Positions 1 to 8,451 are shown, counted from the first letter of the stretch. The stretch is 20,000 nucleotides of DNA from an uncultured virus (IMG/VR IMGVR_UViG_3300036760_000336) (IMGVR_UViG_3300036760_000336:56166-76165); one strand, 5' to 3'. The notes: a model not told the origin generated them from the letters alone. Translations and numbers: made by a program.

Positions 1-734
1 TGAAACCAGAGACATTTAGACAACTTATCCGAAGAGTCCTCAACGAGGAAGTTGAAAAAACCAGCGTTACCGGCAAGACTACATTTAACCGTGTGCCAGA
101 AATTGTACATGGTGAGGATTACAAAGAGATCATGCCTAATAAGCGTGCTGATATGAGCAAGGATAATTTACTCGCTGATATGGACAAAGTAGTTAAGGCA
201 ATTGATCCCGAGTACATAGTTGTATGGGACGATCACGATGATATTTCAATTTCTGCAAGAGATTTATTCCGTATTCGAATCATTCCTAAATGGGAAGGTA
301 ATTTTTGCATTGAAGCAATGACACGCAATGAAGATCGCATTTATATCACTGGCCAGACATGGGAACAAGTTAAACAGTTTGTAAAAGTTAATCTAAAAGA
401 CTCTAAAACCAAGGTTGATGTGGCTTATGATAAATCAAAGAAGAATGTAACGGCTGATGAAACTTCGGCTCCAGACAAAGGGATGCCTCAGAAGGATAAG
501 CCAAATATTTTGCCACTTACTAATGAACCTCCGAAAGAAACCAAAAACAAAGAGAGAGATTACACCGAAAAACAAGTTAAGAAGGAGAAAGATTTACCAG
601 AAAAACCAATGAAAGAGGTTGAAGATTTCGAGAGACAAAAAGAACATAGAGTAATGAGTCCGCTTAAAATTCGTAGAGAAAGAACCAAATATCCGGTCAA
701 AAAGCCGAATACTACTTTAACAGTTAAGTTGTAA
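1..734 (+). CDS. Hypothetical charged phage protein, possibly an internal head protein (5' end at the window edge)
   Basis: The frame of the 93..734 ORF is open back to base 3 (KPETFRQLIRRVLNEEVEK...). The window starts with 'tg', consistent with an ATG beginning one base before the window. The C-terminal half is K/E/P-rich and low complexity. Confidence 0.6.
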   Translation, partial: KPETFRQLIRRVLNEEVEKTSVTGKTTFNRVPEIVHGEDYKEIMPNKRADMSKDNLLADMDKVVKAIDPEYIVVWDDHDDISISARDLFRIRIIPKWEGNFCIEAMTRNEDRIYITGQTWEQVKQFVKVNLKDSKTKVDVAYDKSKKNVTADETSAPDKGMPQKDKPNILPLTNEPPKETKNKERDYTEKQVKKEKDLPEKPMKEVEDFERQKEHRVMSPLKIRRERTKYPVKKPNTTLTVKL

Positions 735-758
735 TTTGTTTGTTCGATGATTAGGGGA

Positions 759-789
759 AGGGAGGGAGCAAGTCGCTTGCTCCCTTCTT
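759..789 (+). terminator. GC-rich stem-loop, probable terminator or processing hairpin
   Basis: Perfect 10-bp stem AGGGAGCAAG (763-772) / CTTGCTCCCT (776-785) with a TCG loop, extendable by G-U pairs. It sits between the stop at 734 and the promoter at 819. The U-tract is weak. Confidence 0.6.
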
Positions 790-818
790 CATGTACCGAG
801 ATAAAACACCCTTTTTTC

Positions 819-846
819 TTGACATCTAACCGGAATATGATATACT
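819..846 (+). promoter_or_regulatory. Sigma70-like promoter with extended -10
   Basis: TTGACA (819-824), 16-nt spacer, TG-n-TATACT (-10 at 841-846). The ATG at 854 is 7 nt downstream and has no SD. Confidence 0.75.
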
Positions 847-853
847 ACCATCA

Positions 854-1786
854 ATGAATGAGGTAGAAATTGAGGATGTTCTGCGTACTTGTGTTGCGCT
901 TAAACCCAAGGAATTAATAATCAGTGACTTAAAATGGAAGTACCTTGTACGTGCAGTTTTGCGTGCAAAAAATATTATGATTATCGGCCCCTCTGGATGC
1001 GCTAAAACAATGGCGGCAAGGTGTGTTGCTACGGCTTTAAAGCGTCCGTTTGAAAAATTCAATATTGGAAGCACTCAGGATGCTCGTGCAACTCTTATTG
1101 GAAATACCACCTACAAAAAAGAAACGGGTACTATATTTCACAAGTCGGCTTTTGTTAAGGCAATAAGCACTCCTAAAACAGTCGTTCTTTTAGATGAATT
1201 CACCCGTGGCACTCACGATGCCTGGAATATTTTAATGACCGTGACAGATCCTACTCAACGATGCTTGCGGTTAGATGAGGATGAGGAAAGTTCTGTTATC
1301 AATGTGGCCGAAGATGTTAGTTTTATTGCCACAGCGAATATTGGAAATGAATATACAGCCACCAAAGTTCTTGACAAAGCAAGTGCAAGACGTTTTCCCA
1401 TAAAACTGGAAATGTCTCCTCTCAAGGGGAAAGAATTGAGGCATTTATTTAGCATTTTGTTTCCAAAACGAACTGTTGCCCAAGAAGAATTGATGAAAAC
1501 TCTCACGAAGATTTCTGATGATTTGATTGCCCAATGTAAAATCGAGGATGCCTCAATTTCTACTTTTATTGCTCCCGCAAATATGGTAGAGATGGGAGAA
1601 TTAGTTATGGATGGATTTGGCCTTGAAGAAATTGCCGAAGCTGCTATTTATCCGGAATACCCCGATGATGGTGGGGCCGATTCTGAACGGACATTTACTA
1701 AAAGTGTGCTTCAAAAGTACTTCCCAAGTGACGCCAAGAGTCCAATCAACGATCCTCTGGCGGGGAAGCGAGTCGAAGAGTTCTAA
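854..1786 (+). CDS. MoxR/CbbQ/CobS-like AAA+ ATPase
   Basis: Walker A GPSGCAKT, Walker B VVLLDE, sensor-1 FIATAN and arginine-finger region LDKASARRF. A VWA partner lies downstream. Confidence 0.9.
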   Translation: MNEVEIEDVLRTCVALKPKELIISDLKWKYLVRAVLRAKNIMIIGPSGCAKTMAARCVATALKRPFEKFNIGSTQDARATLIGNTTYKKETGTIFHKSAFVKAISTPKTVVLLDEFTRGTHDAWNILMTVTDPTQRCLRLDEDEESSVINVAEDVSFIATANIGNEYTATKVLDKASARRFPIKLEMSPLKGKELRHLFSILFPKRTVAQEELMKTLTKISDDLIAQCKIEDASISTFIAPANMVEMGELVMDGFGLEEIAEAAIYPEYPDDGGADSERTFTKSVLQKYFPSDAKSPINDPLAGKRVEEF

Positions 1787-2100
1787 TGAAAAAAGTTATA
1801 GTAAAATGTTTGGGTAAAACGGATGAGTTTAAAATTGATCCGAAGGTTTTCGATGACATTTATTATGAAGCTGCTATTCGCTTTCTTAAAAAAGGAAAGG
1901 ATCAAGCGTCATTTAGAGTTTCTGCTGTAATAGAGTGTTTTGATAAAAATTTTTTGAAAATTGACAGAAAACATTTTTATTATAACACATATCACGTACT
2001 AATTGGTGCTGGAATGTGTGGAAAAGCTGAAATGCTTCGTAGTAAATTTCTCAAGGAATTTGGAATCGATCTTCAAAAAGAAAAATTGAGAGATAAATAA
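1786..2100 (+). CDS. Hypothetical protein
   Basis: 104-aa ORF coupled by TAATG overlaps at both ends. Confidence 0.7.
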   Translation: MKKVIVKCLGKTDEFKIDPKVFDDIYYEAAIRFLKKGKDQASFRVSAVIECFDKNFLKIDRKHFYYNTYHVLIGAGMCGKAEMLRSKFLKEFGIDLQKEKLRDK

Positions 2101-2771
2101 TGTTTTCATACTACGGAAGGAAGTCTAAGGTTGTTAGGTATTATCCCAGTTCGTTGTATAATACTATAATAGAACCATTTGCTGGCACCGCTGTTTATAG
2201 TTTATTTCGTGACAACTGGAAGAAAAATGTAGTATTGATTGACAAATATAATGTGGTAGTAAGAATATGGAAATATCTACAATCTGCTACACCCGATGAT
2301 ATTCTAAAACTTCCAGATGTTAATAATGGGGAAGAACTTGTAAAAGTAAACGGCTTTAGCCAACTATTACAGGAAGAGAAGTGGTTAATAGGATTTTCGG
2401 TTAATAACGGAAGTGGAATGCCGAAAAATGTTGCGGGCAGAATGAATTTCAATTCATGGTTTCGGGATAAAAAAAGAATTGCCAGAGATTTGTATAAGAT
2501 AAAACATTGGCAAATAAAATGTGATGATTATACGAATGTGGAAAATGTAATAGCAACCTGGTTTATAGATCCGCCATATCAGTTTGGTGGGGAATATTAT
2601 AAGCATAGAGATATTGATTATAACACTTTATCAGAATGGTGTAAATCAAGAAAAGGACAAGTAATAGTTTGTGAAAATTCCAAGGCAAATTGGTTGCCGT
2701 TTGTTCCACTAAAAAAGATGAGTGGACAGTTGCATATAACGACCGAAGCAATGTACTATCAGGAAACTTAA
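2100..2771 (+). CDS. DNA adenine N6-methyltransferase, D12/Dam-like class (orphan)
   Basis: N-terminal FSYYGRK, SAM-binding IEPFAGTA and catalytic FIDPPY, in alpha-class motif order. Confidence 0.85.
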   Translation: MFSYYGRKSKVVRYYPSSLYNTIIEPFAGTAVYSLFRDNWKKNVVLIDKYNVVVRIWKYLQSATPDDILKLPDVNNGEELVKVNGFSQLLQEEKWLIGFSVNNGSGMPKNVAGRMNFNSWFRDKKRIARDLYKIKHWQIKCDDYTNVENVIATWFIDPPYQFGGEYYKHRDIDYNTLSEWCKSRKGQVIVCENSKANWLPFVPLKKMSGQLHITTEAMYYQET

Positions 2772-2772
2772 A

Positions 2773-3075
2773 ATGTATAGAAGTAGAAGAGTGGAAAATT
2801 TTCCTCATAATTCCTTTTATATGGAAATAGAAGAGGGTGTTAGGCAATGGGTATATTTATTGAGAAATGTGGGAATAAATACTGAGTGTTCCTGTCATCA
2901 CAAAGGTTATATTCAATGTCAAACATTAGATCCAACAACCGAAATTTTTAGAATAAAAAGTGTACTTTTGGAAAATGGAATAGAAGATTTTGATATATCT
3001 ATTATTCATAAAGGAACTAAGTGTAGTTCTTTGGAAATTCATTCTCCATCTTTTGTGAAAAATTGTAATGTATAG
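2773..3075 (+). CDS. Hypothetical protein with a GIxTxxSC-H motif
   Basis: 100-aa ORF filling the operon gap, with motif LRNVGINTECSCHH. Confidence 0.65.
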   Translation: MYRSRRVENFPHNSFYMEIEEGVRQWVYLLRNVGINTECSCHHKGYIQCQTLDPTTEIFRIKSVLLENGIEDFDISIIHKGTKCSSLEIHSPSFVKNCNV

Positions 3076-5377
3076 AGGAAAAGTTATATCACCTGCCGAA
3101 GTTGATTTCTGGCTGGATTTTGATAAGTATGTAAATTACTTTTCAAGCACTTCGGGAAATGTAAATGATGTCGGTATTTTCACTATTGACATGGTACGTC
3201 TATCCTCTATCCGGAAAGCGGTTTCCAATTTTGTTCGTATTTTAACTCGCAGCCCCATTCCTGTCTATTTTAATGATGTCGAGGCTAATTTCAATCTCGG
3301 AGGTAAAGTCATTTATATTTCTGCGACAATTAACTCCAAGCAGGATTTTGATGTCGCCGTGGGTCAAGCTCTTCATGAAGGCGCACACACGGTTAAGACT
3401 AACTTTGATGTTGTTAAAAATGCCTGGGCAAATATCCCATCTAAAATTCTCAAATTATCTGACTCAAAAAATATTCGCCGGGCATCTTTGGAAAAGTTTA
3501 TTCATAATATATGGAATGTCATTGAAGATAGATATATTGATAATTACGTATTCAATGAAGCCCCGGGTTATCGTGGATATTATGTTGCTTTGTACAATAG
3601 GTTTTGGAATAATCCCGAAGTTGATGAACTATTGCTCAGTGATAAATTTCGATATCCAAGCCTGGATTCTTACAGTTTTCGTATCACCAACTTTACTAAT
3701 GTGAATACAGATCTTCTTGCTTTGCCTCGTCTTTCGGATATTGCTTATACTATTGACATTTCTCATATTGACCGTTTGAAGAAAACCAAGGATAGAATTG
3801 AAAAAGCATTTGAAGTAACGGAAATTGCATTGGATTGTTTAGATGGGACTCCTCAATGTTTTGGTCTTAGTTTATTAGGTAAAAAAGTAGTAATAAAACA
3901 ATCAAAAGATAATCTTGCCGATCCCAGAGATTATTTCGATTTTGATGACGAATCTGACAAAAAATCAAAAGGCGAAGATAAAAAGGATAAGGAAAAAAAG
4001 AATAGTGATAGCGAAAAAGAAGATGTTGATGTCGGAAAAAAGATGGTTGATGAAATTTCTGATGTTTTGACTGGGAAGGATCAAGAACCCGAGAAACTGA
4101 AAGAAAATAGTGATGTGGTAAATAGGATTTCCGAGGAAGATAATATTGAGAGAGAAGTTAAAAAGAAGATTAAGGATGTTGTCGAGTCTCAGCGTCAATT
4201 CCTGGCAGGAGAAATTCCTAAGACTATTGTGACAGAACAACAGAAATCTCTACTTGATTTGGTAGAAAAGCATGGTATTGTCATTGTACAAGTTGATGTT
4301 CCCAATATTTTATCGGGCGATGATAAAAATCTTAAGGTAGATTGTATTGTGGTTCAGAAAATGACCAAAGAACTTGTTTTTTCGGGTCGGGAAGTATTCC
4401 CGCTATCAAGTGTTATGAAGATCGGGGATCAAATTCCCAAACCAGAGAAAGAAATGGTGGAAGCGGTAAGAAAAGGAGTACAACTTGGCATTAAACTTGG
4501 TCGAAAATTGCAAATTCGTGCCGAGGTTCATCCTATCAAAATAGTCCGCAAGAAATGGGGGAAAATTAACAAGCGTCAAATACACGAAGCAGCGTTTGAT
4601 GCTGAGGATTTATTCTATAAAATTAAAATTGACGATCATCATCGTGCCAATTTGCATATTACCGTGGATGCTAGTAGCTCTATGACCGGAAACAAGTGGC
4701 TAAGAACAATGACAGCCGTTGTCGCCATTTGTAAAGCTGCTTCGATGATCGATAATGTTCACATCACAGTGTCATTCAGATCCACACAAGCATCGGGAAT
4801 AATGGCATTGCCTTATATCGTGTTTGCTTACGACTCAAAAAAGGATAAATTCTCTAAAATTCGTACTCTATTTCCATATCTATTGCCGAATGGGTGTACT
4901 CCAGAAGGATTAGCATTCGGTGCAATTATGAATTTGTTTGAAGGAATCACACCAGACGAAGAAGATCGCTACTTTCTCAATTTATCGGATGGAGAACCGT
5001 ATTATTTATTGAGCGTTCCCAACTCTGGTCTTGCTCTTTCATATTCAGGAGAAGTAGGGGCAACCCATACAAAGGCACAAGTAGATAAGATCCGTCGCCA
5101 CGGAGTTGAAATATTGAGTTATTTTATTGAAGAGGACTATAGCTGGCGATTTCAGACAGCAGCGGGGCAAAATCTAAAAAAGAAGCCCGAAGAAATGACT
5201 AAAGAAGAACTTGAGGAAGAGAAACGATTACAGCTAGAGAAAGAACAAAGTCCTCTTCGTAAAAACTTCCGAAGGATGTATGGACCTTCGGCAAAATTTA
5301 TTGAAGTTAATGATATCGTTCCTTTAGCAAAAACAATGAATGATTTATTTTTGAGTAAAAACAGAAATTGTTCTTGA
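3068..5377 (+). CDS. HExxH metallopeptidase-like domain plus C-terminal VWA domain (CobT-like architecture)
   Basis: ALHEGAH followed by WNVIEDRYID, then a D/E/K-rich linker, then MIDAS residues DASSS, GCTP and LSDGEP. Confidence 0.88.
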   Translation: MYRGKVISPAEVDFWLDFDKYVNYFSSTSGNVNDVGIFTIDMVRLSSIRKAVSNFVRILTRSPIPVYFNDVEANFNLGGKVIYISATINSKQDFDVAVGQALHEGAHTVKTNFDVVKNAWANIPSKILKLSDSKNIRRASLEKFIHNIWNVIEDRYIDNYVFNEAPGYRGYYVALYNRFWNNPEVDELLLSDKFRYPSLDSYSFRITNFTNVNTDLLALPRLSDIAYTIDISHIDRLKKTKDRIEKAFEVTEIALDCLDGTPQCFGLSLLGKKVVIKQSKDNLADPRDYFDFDDESDKKSKGEDKKDKEKKNSDSEKEDVDVGKKMVDEISDVLTGKDQEPEKLKENSDVVNRISEEDNIEREVKKKIKDVVESQRQFLAGEIPKTIVTEQQKSLLDLVEKHGIVIVQVDVPNILSGDDKNLKVDCIVVQKMTKELVFSGREVFPLSSVMKIGDQIPKPEKEMVEAVRKGVQLGIKLGRKLQIRAEVHPIKIVRKKWGKINKRQIHEAAFDAEDLFYKIKIDDHHRANLHITVDASSSMTGNKWLRTMTAVVAICKAASMIDNVHITVSFRSTQASGIMALPYIVFAYDSKKDKFSKIRTLFPYLLPNGCTPEGLAFGAIMNLFEGITPDEEDRYFLNLSDGEPYYLLSVPNSGLALSYSGEVGATHTKAQVDKIRRHGVEILSYFIEEDYSWRFQTAAGQNLKKKPEEMTKEELEEEKRLQLEKEQSPLRKNFRRMYGPSAKFIEVNDIVPLAKTMNDLFLSKNRNCS

Positions 5378-5418
5378 CATTTCATACATTTTCGGGTATG
5401 ATAAAACGCCATTAAGGA
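5370..5418 (+). repeat. Promoter+RBS repeat, copy 1 (TTGACA-17-TATGAT ... TAAGGA)
   Basis: -35 at 5374-5379, -10 at 5397-5402, SD-like TAAGGA at 5413-5418. 39/49 identical to 5618-5666 without gaps. Confidence 0.85.
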
Positions 5419-5424
5419 ATAAAT

Positions 5425-5625
5425 ATGAGAATAGATGTAGTTTCAGAATACAATGATCACTATGTTCGAGCAATATTCAAATTTGAGAAGACCATCGTTG
5501 ATAGTGGATTATTAAATGAGAAAGATTGTTTAGTATTAGCAGAACATCTTAGAATGGGTGCTGATAGTCTTGAACATTATTCAAGAGTTATTGCTGATAC
5601 TAAAAAACAAAAAGAAAGTTCTTGA
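5425..5625 (+). CDS. Small hypothetical protein
   Basis: 66-aa ORF with TAAGGA 6 nt upstream, lying exactly between the two repeat copies. Confidence 0.75.
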   Translation: MRIDVVSEYNDHYVRAIFKFEKTIVDSGLLNEKDCLVLAEHLRMGADSLEHYSRVIADTKKQKESS

Positions 5626-5666
5626 CATTTTATACATTTTGAGGTATTATAATGTCCTACTAAGGA
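5618..5666 (+). repeat. Promoter+RBS repeat, copy 2 (TTGACA-17-TATTAT ... TAAGGA)
   Basis: -35 at 5622-5627, -10 at 5645-5650 (overlapping TATAAT at 5648-5653), TAAGGA at 5661-5666. Confidence 0.85.
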
Positions 5667-5699
5667 GTGTGTAAGCAAACACTGATCTAGTTAAATTTT

Positions 5700-6077
5700 A
5701 TGAAGAAAAATACACGAAAAAACAAAACAAATCAAACATTAAATATGCCCAAGAAGGCATATTATACATTGAAAGAGTTATTTGCCATTAACAAACATTT
5801 CAATGCAGAAATCACAGTTAGGGTTCGACATACCAATGTTATTGAAGATGGCAGGGTTGCCGAAATTGGCGCAGTTCCTGGAGGAAAAGGTCGCCCTCAG
5901 AAGGTATATGCCTTGACTCCCGTTACCAAAACTTTGCTTGAAAAGGTCAGAGCAGACGGTATTAGTCTTGTTGATAATGCTGAAAAACTAATCAATATTA
6001 TTAACGTGGCTCCAAATACATCACCAACAACTCCGGTTGTTTCACTCGTAGGATCAAAATCAGTTGCAACGAGTTAA
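5700..6077 (+). CDS. Putative winged-helix DNA-binding protein
   Basis: TLKELF helix, recognition-helix-like EITVRVR and wing motif GKGRPQKVY, with a basic N-terminus. Confidence 0.6.
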   Translation: MKKNTRKNKTNQTLNMPKKAYYTLKELFAINKHFNAEITVRVRHTNVIEDGRVAEIGAVPGGKGRPQKVYALTPVTKTLLEKVRADGISLVDNAEKLINIINVAPNTSPTTPVVSLVGSKSVATS

Positions 6078-6104
6078 TAGAACGAATGCTGTATATCCGA
6101 TTAT

Positions 6105-6290
6105 ATGACCAAAGATAAAAGGATGGTAAAGGTCAAGCCGAAAAGATATCGGATATATGGCATTTTTAATTTTAAGACGAGAAAACTGGTATATGTTAGC
6201 CTGAGTCTGGATTTAGTAGAATTCGAATTTGGGCTTGGTGAATATGGGGAAAATTGTGGTACAGTTTCGACTGACATTATCTTATATTAG
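6105..6290 (+). CDS. Small hypothetical protein
   Basis: 61-aa ORF whose stop overlaps the convergent ORF stop. Confidence 0.55.
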   Translation: MTKDKRMVKVKPKRYRIYGIFNFKTRKLVYVSLSLDLVEFEFGLGEYGENCGTVSTDIILY

Positions 6291-6595
6291 TAACGTCTAA
6301 TATATTTTCCGATGGTTTCTATTGGTCCATGATAAATGTCAATTCTACGATAACCTTCGGAGGTCATAATGTACGAATAAATCCAGACTTTGGAATTCGG
6401 TTTGACGTTCATTTCTCTGTCAATACCCTTGAGTGTGGTCATAACGACGTTTTTAGAACCAAAAATTATGGGTTCGATAAAGTCATTATCGAATAAAAAA
6501 GAGGTATTAAGGTCGGGATAAAATAAATGAAATACATTGCCTATTATTTTATTTCTTTTATTTGGATTTACAACATTTTTCGGTATCATATCCAT
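6287..6595 (-). CDS. Hypothetical protein (start re-called to MDMIPK)
   Basis: The ATG at 6595 avoids overlap with the divergent gene at 6652 and its promoter; 102 aa. Confidence 0.6.
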   Translation of the reverse strand: MDMIPKNVVNPNKRNKIIGNVFHLFYPDLNTSFLFDNDFIEPIIFGSKNVVMTTLKGIDREMNVKPNSKVWIYSYIMTSEGYRRIDIYHGPIETIGKYIRRY

Positions 6596-6613
6596 AAATA
6601 GCGTTAAAATAAC

Positions 6614-6642
6614 TTGAATGCTCTCTGGAAATATGGTATTCT
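6614..6642 (+). promoter_or_regulatory. Sigma70-like promoter with extended -10
   Basis: TTGAAT (6614-6619), 17-nt spacer, TG-n-TATTCT (6637-6642). The ATG at 6652 is 9 nt downstream. Confidence 0.6.
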
Positions 6643-6651
6643 CTGAAAAAT

Positions 6652-6957
6652 ATGAAAGAAATAGTTTATTTGAATCATACGTGTGCTCGTCTTCCGGAAG
6701 GAAAAGAAAAAGGCCGATGGAATTTTTCTGATATAGTAGCGTCACCACTTCCAATTAAATGTAAAGTTACAATAAATAAAAATATAGTAATAGATAATGT
6801 TTACGTTTACCATAAAGATAATGGCCCATATATTCTCTATAAAGATTATGAAATATATCCGGTGAGAATGGATTATGATTCATATTATCAACTTATTGGA
6901 AAAGAAATGGTACTAGAGTTCAAGTCTGACGATTTTGTAATACAATCATGTGAATAG
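6652..6957 (+). CDS. Hypothetical protein
   Basis: 101-aa ORF directly behind a promoter. Confidence 0.65.
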   Translation: MKEIVYLNHTCARLPEGKEKGRWNFSDIVASPLPIKCKVTINKNIVIDNVYVYHKDNGPYILYKDYEIYPVRMDYDSYYQLIGKEMVLEFKSDDFVIQSCE

Positions 6958-6965
6958 ATATTGAT

Positions 6966-7130
6966 ATGGGTAAAACATATAGAAAAGATAACAAATTCCG
7001 ATTAAAGAAAAATGGTCGTGTATTTGTAAAAGATCAACCGTGGAAGAAAAATAAACATAAAAATAATTCGCCTCCGGAAGAGAAACCTCTTCCAGAACCG
7101 GCGGATTATCTCAACCAATTTCTTAACTGA
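6966..7130 (+). CDS. Small basic hypothetical protein (absent from the ORF track)
   Basis: Manual translation gives MGKTYRKDNKFRLKKNGRVFVKDQPWKKNKHKNNSPPEEKPLPEPADYLNQFLN* (54 aa). It fills the gap between 6957 and 7133. Confidence 0.65.
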   Translation: MGKTYRKDNKFRLKKNGRVFVKDQPWKKNKHKNNSPPEEKPLPEPADYLNQFLN

Positions 7131-7132
7131 CT

Positions 7133-7351
7133 ATGACAACATTTTTCATGCTAATAGCGTACATCCTATTGATAGGATTGGGAATGTTATTTTACTTATT
7201 GCATAACCGAGTGGAAAATTTGGCAACAAAACTTAACCAGTCGGTGCAATGGCAGATTATTCTAAGAGACAATCAAGACGTTCTCCAAAATGATTTCAAG
7301 AGACTTTTCAATGAGTTCCAAAATATCAAAAAAGAAGTCAATCAAAAATGA
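7133..7351 (+). CDS. Small single-pass membrane protein with coiled-coil tail
   Basis: N-terminal hydrophobic stretch FFMLIAYILLIGLGMLFYLL followed by a heptad-like Q/N/L region. Confidence 0.65.
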   Translation: MTTFFMLIAYILLIGLGMLFYLLHNRVENLATKLNQSVQWQIILRDNQDVLQNDFKRLFNEFQNIKKEVNQK

Positions 7352-7421
7352 GGAGCCGAAAAGATGTCAGAGAAAAATAGTTTTCCGAAGGAAAAATTAC
7401 TTAAACAAAAAAAGGAATTAT

Positions 7422-7760
7422 ATGGAAGCGGGTGAAATGGATTGTAAAATAGCAGAAGCAATTGGTTGGACACTTATACAACGATGTGAAGAACTAGATG
7501 ATCTCTATGCCCTTATATATGGATTGCCGCCTGGAGTAATAATACAATCAGAAAAAGAATATGACTCCAAATGTCAAATAGTACCCCGCTTTGTCCGCTT
7601 TCCACCAGATATAAAAGCAAGGTGTGATGCTAAACAAACACTTACACAAGAAGAATTAAAACGTTATGACGTAGAATTGGAAAATATGTCCTCAAAATTA
7701 AAACAAAGATATCAATGTGGTGAAACTTTCTTACGTATAAAAAATCTGTGGAAAGAATAA
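7422..7760 (+). CDS. Hypothetical phage protein, possibly ABA-sandwich-like (start re-called)
   Basis: AAGGAA lies upstream of ATG 7422. The pattern DxxIAEAIGW...VPxF is reminiscent of phage ABA-sandwich proteins. Confidence 0.5.
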   Translation: MEAGEMDCKIAEAIGWTLIQRCEELDDLYALIYGLPPGVIIQSEKEYDSKCQIVPRFVRFPPDIKARCDAKQTLTQEELKRYDVELENMSSKLKQRYQCGETFLRIKNLWKE

Positions 7761-7793
7761 TTTGAAATAAAAAAGCAAACTACAGGAGACGAG

Positions 7794-8279
7794 ATGAAAA
7801 GGATTAATGACAATCTTCCAAAGAAGAAGTCATTATTTGATCACGTAAAGCATATTCGGCAAGTTCAAGACCCGAATTATTACATTAATCTTTCCGAAGA
7901 TGATCGGAAAAGTTTTAATCACTTCATGATTCTTCGAGCATTGGCAATGGATGAAAGTCTTGTTGAGGATATATCTCAATTATTTCAAATATTTGACAAA
8001 ATACCTTCTCCACAGTTTTACCAATTTCTCATCGCTTTAGTTCCTAGAAACAATAGGTTCTGTCCGTGGGTAAAGTCAAAAGTAATGAAACACAAACCGG
8101 CCTTGCTTGGTTATGTTGCTAAACGATTCCAAGTTTCCAAATATCAGGCTAATGACTATGTAAATCTTTTGTTGCGAACTGAAAAGGGACAGGAAGAACT
8201 TGTGGCTATTTGTAAAACTTTTGGCCTTGAGGATAAGGAAGTTGAGGATTTGTTTGAAGAGAGAAAGTATGATGAATGA
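7794..8279 (+). CDS. Sliding-clamp loader small subunit, T4 gp62-like
   Basis: Pattern LFDH...FNHFMILRALAM...QFYQFL..LVPR..RF.PWVK...VAKRFQVS..QA..Y..LL, with an AGGAG SD. Confidence 0.75.
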   Translation: MKRINDNLPKKKSLFDHVKHIRQVQDPNYYINLSEDDRKSFNHFMILRALAMDESLVEDISQLFQIFDKIPSPQFYQFLIALVPRNNRFCPWVKSKVMKHKPALLGYVAKRFQVSKYQANDYVNLLLRTEKGQEELVAICKTFGLEDKEVEDLFEERKYDE

Positions 8280-8280
8280 T

Positions 8281-8451
8281 ATGAAAACAAAACCGACATT
8301 TGAAGATGTAAGAAAAGTGGAAACCGAACTACTACATTGCCGACCGAGGCAACGCCTGCCCAGGATGAACGTGGAAATAGAACTTACGATGCAGGATAAA
8401 CATTATGGCAAACAAAAAACTATCAGATCTTCCCCGAGTAACTGCCGATGA
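8281..8451 (+). CDS. Possible small hypothetical protein
   Basis: The ATG follows the gp62-like stop immediately. It overlaps the next ORF by 47 nt. Confidence 0.35.
   Translation: MKTKPTFEDVRKVETELLHCRPRQRLPRMNVEIELTMQDKHYGKQKTIRSSPSNCR

Noticed and set aside
986..1009. Walker A reads AKT rather than GKT, suggesting an inactive ATPase
   Set aside because: GxxGxAKT is a normal variant in MoxR-family ATPases, and the other motifs are intact.
3940..4180. A/G-rich low-complexity stretch resembling a repeat
   Set aside because: It encodes the D/E/K linker of the VWA protein and has no periodic unit.
854..5377. Cobalamin biosynthesis (cobS/cobT) call
   Set aside because: No cobN or other cob genes are present. 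The architecture is a generic MoxR/VWA pair.
826..5412. Shadow ORFs such as 826..1074, 1255..1506, 1611..1817, 2195..2452, 2563..2847, 3273..3704, 3965..4240 and 5152..5412
   Set aside because: They overlap well-supported genes in other frames or strands and have no recognisable motifs.
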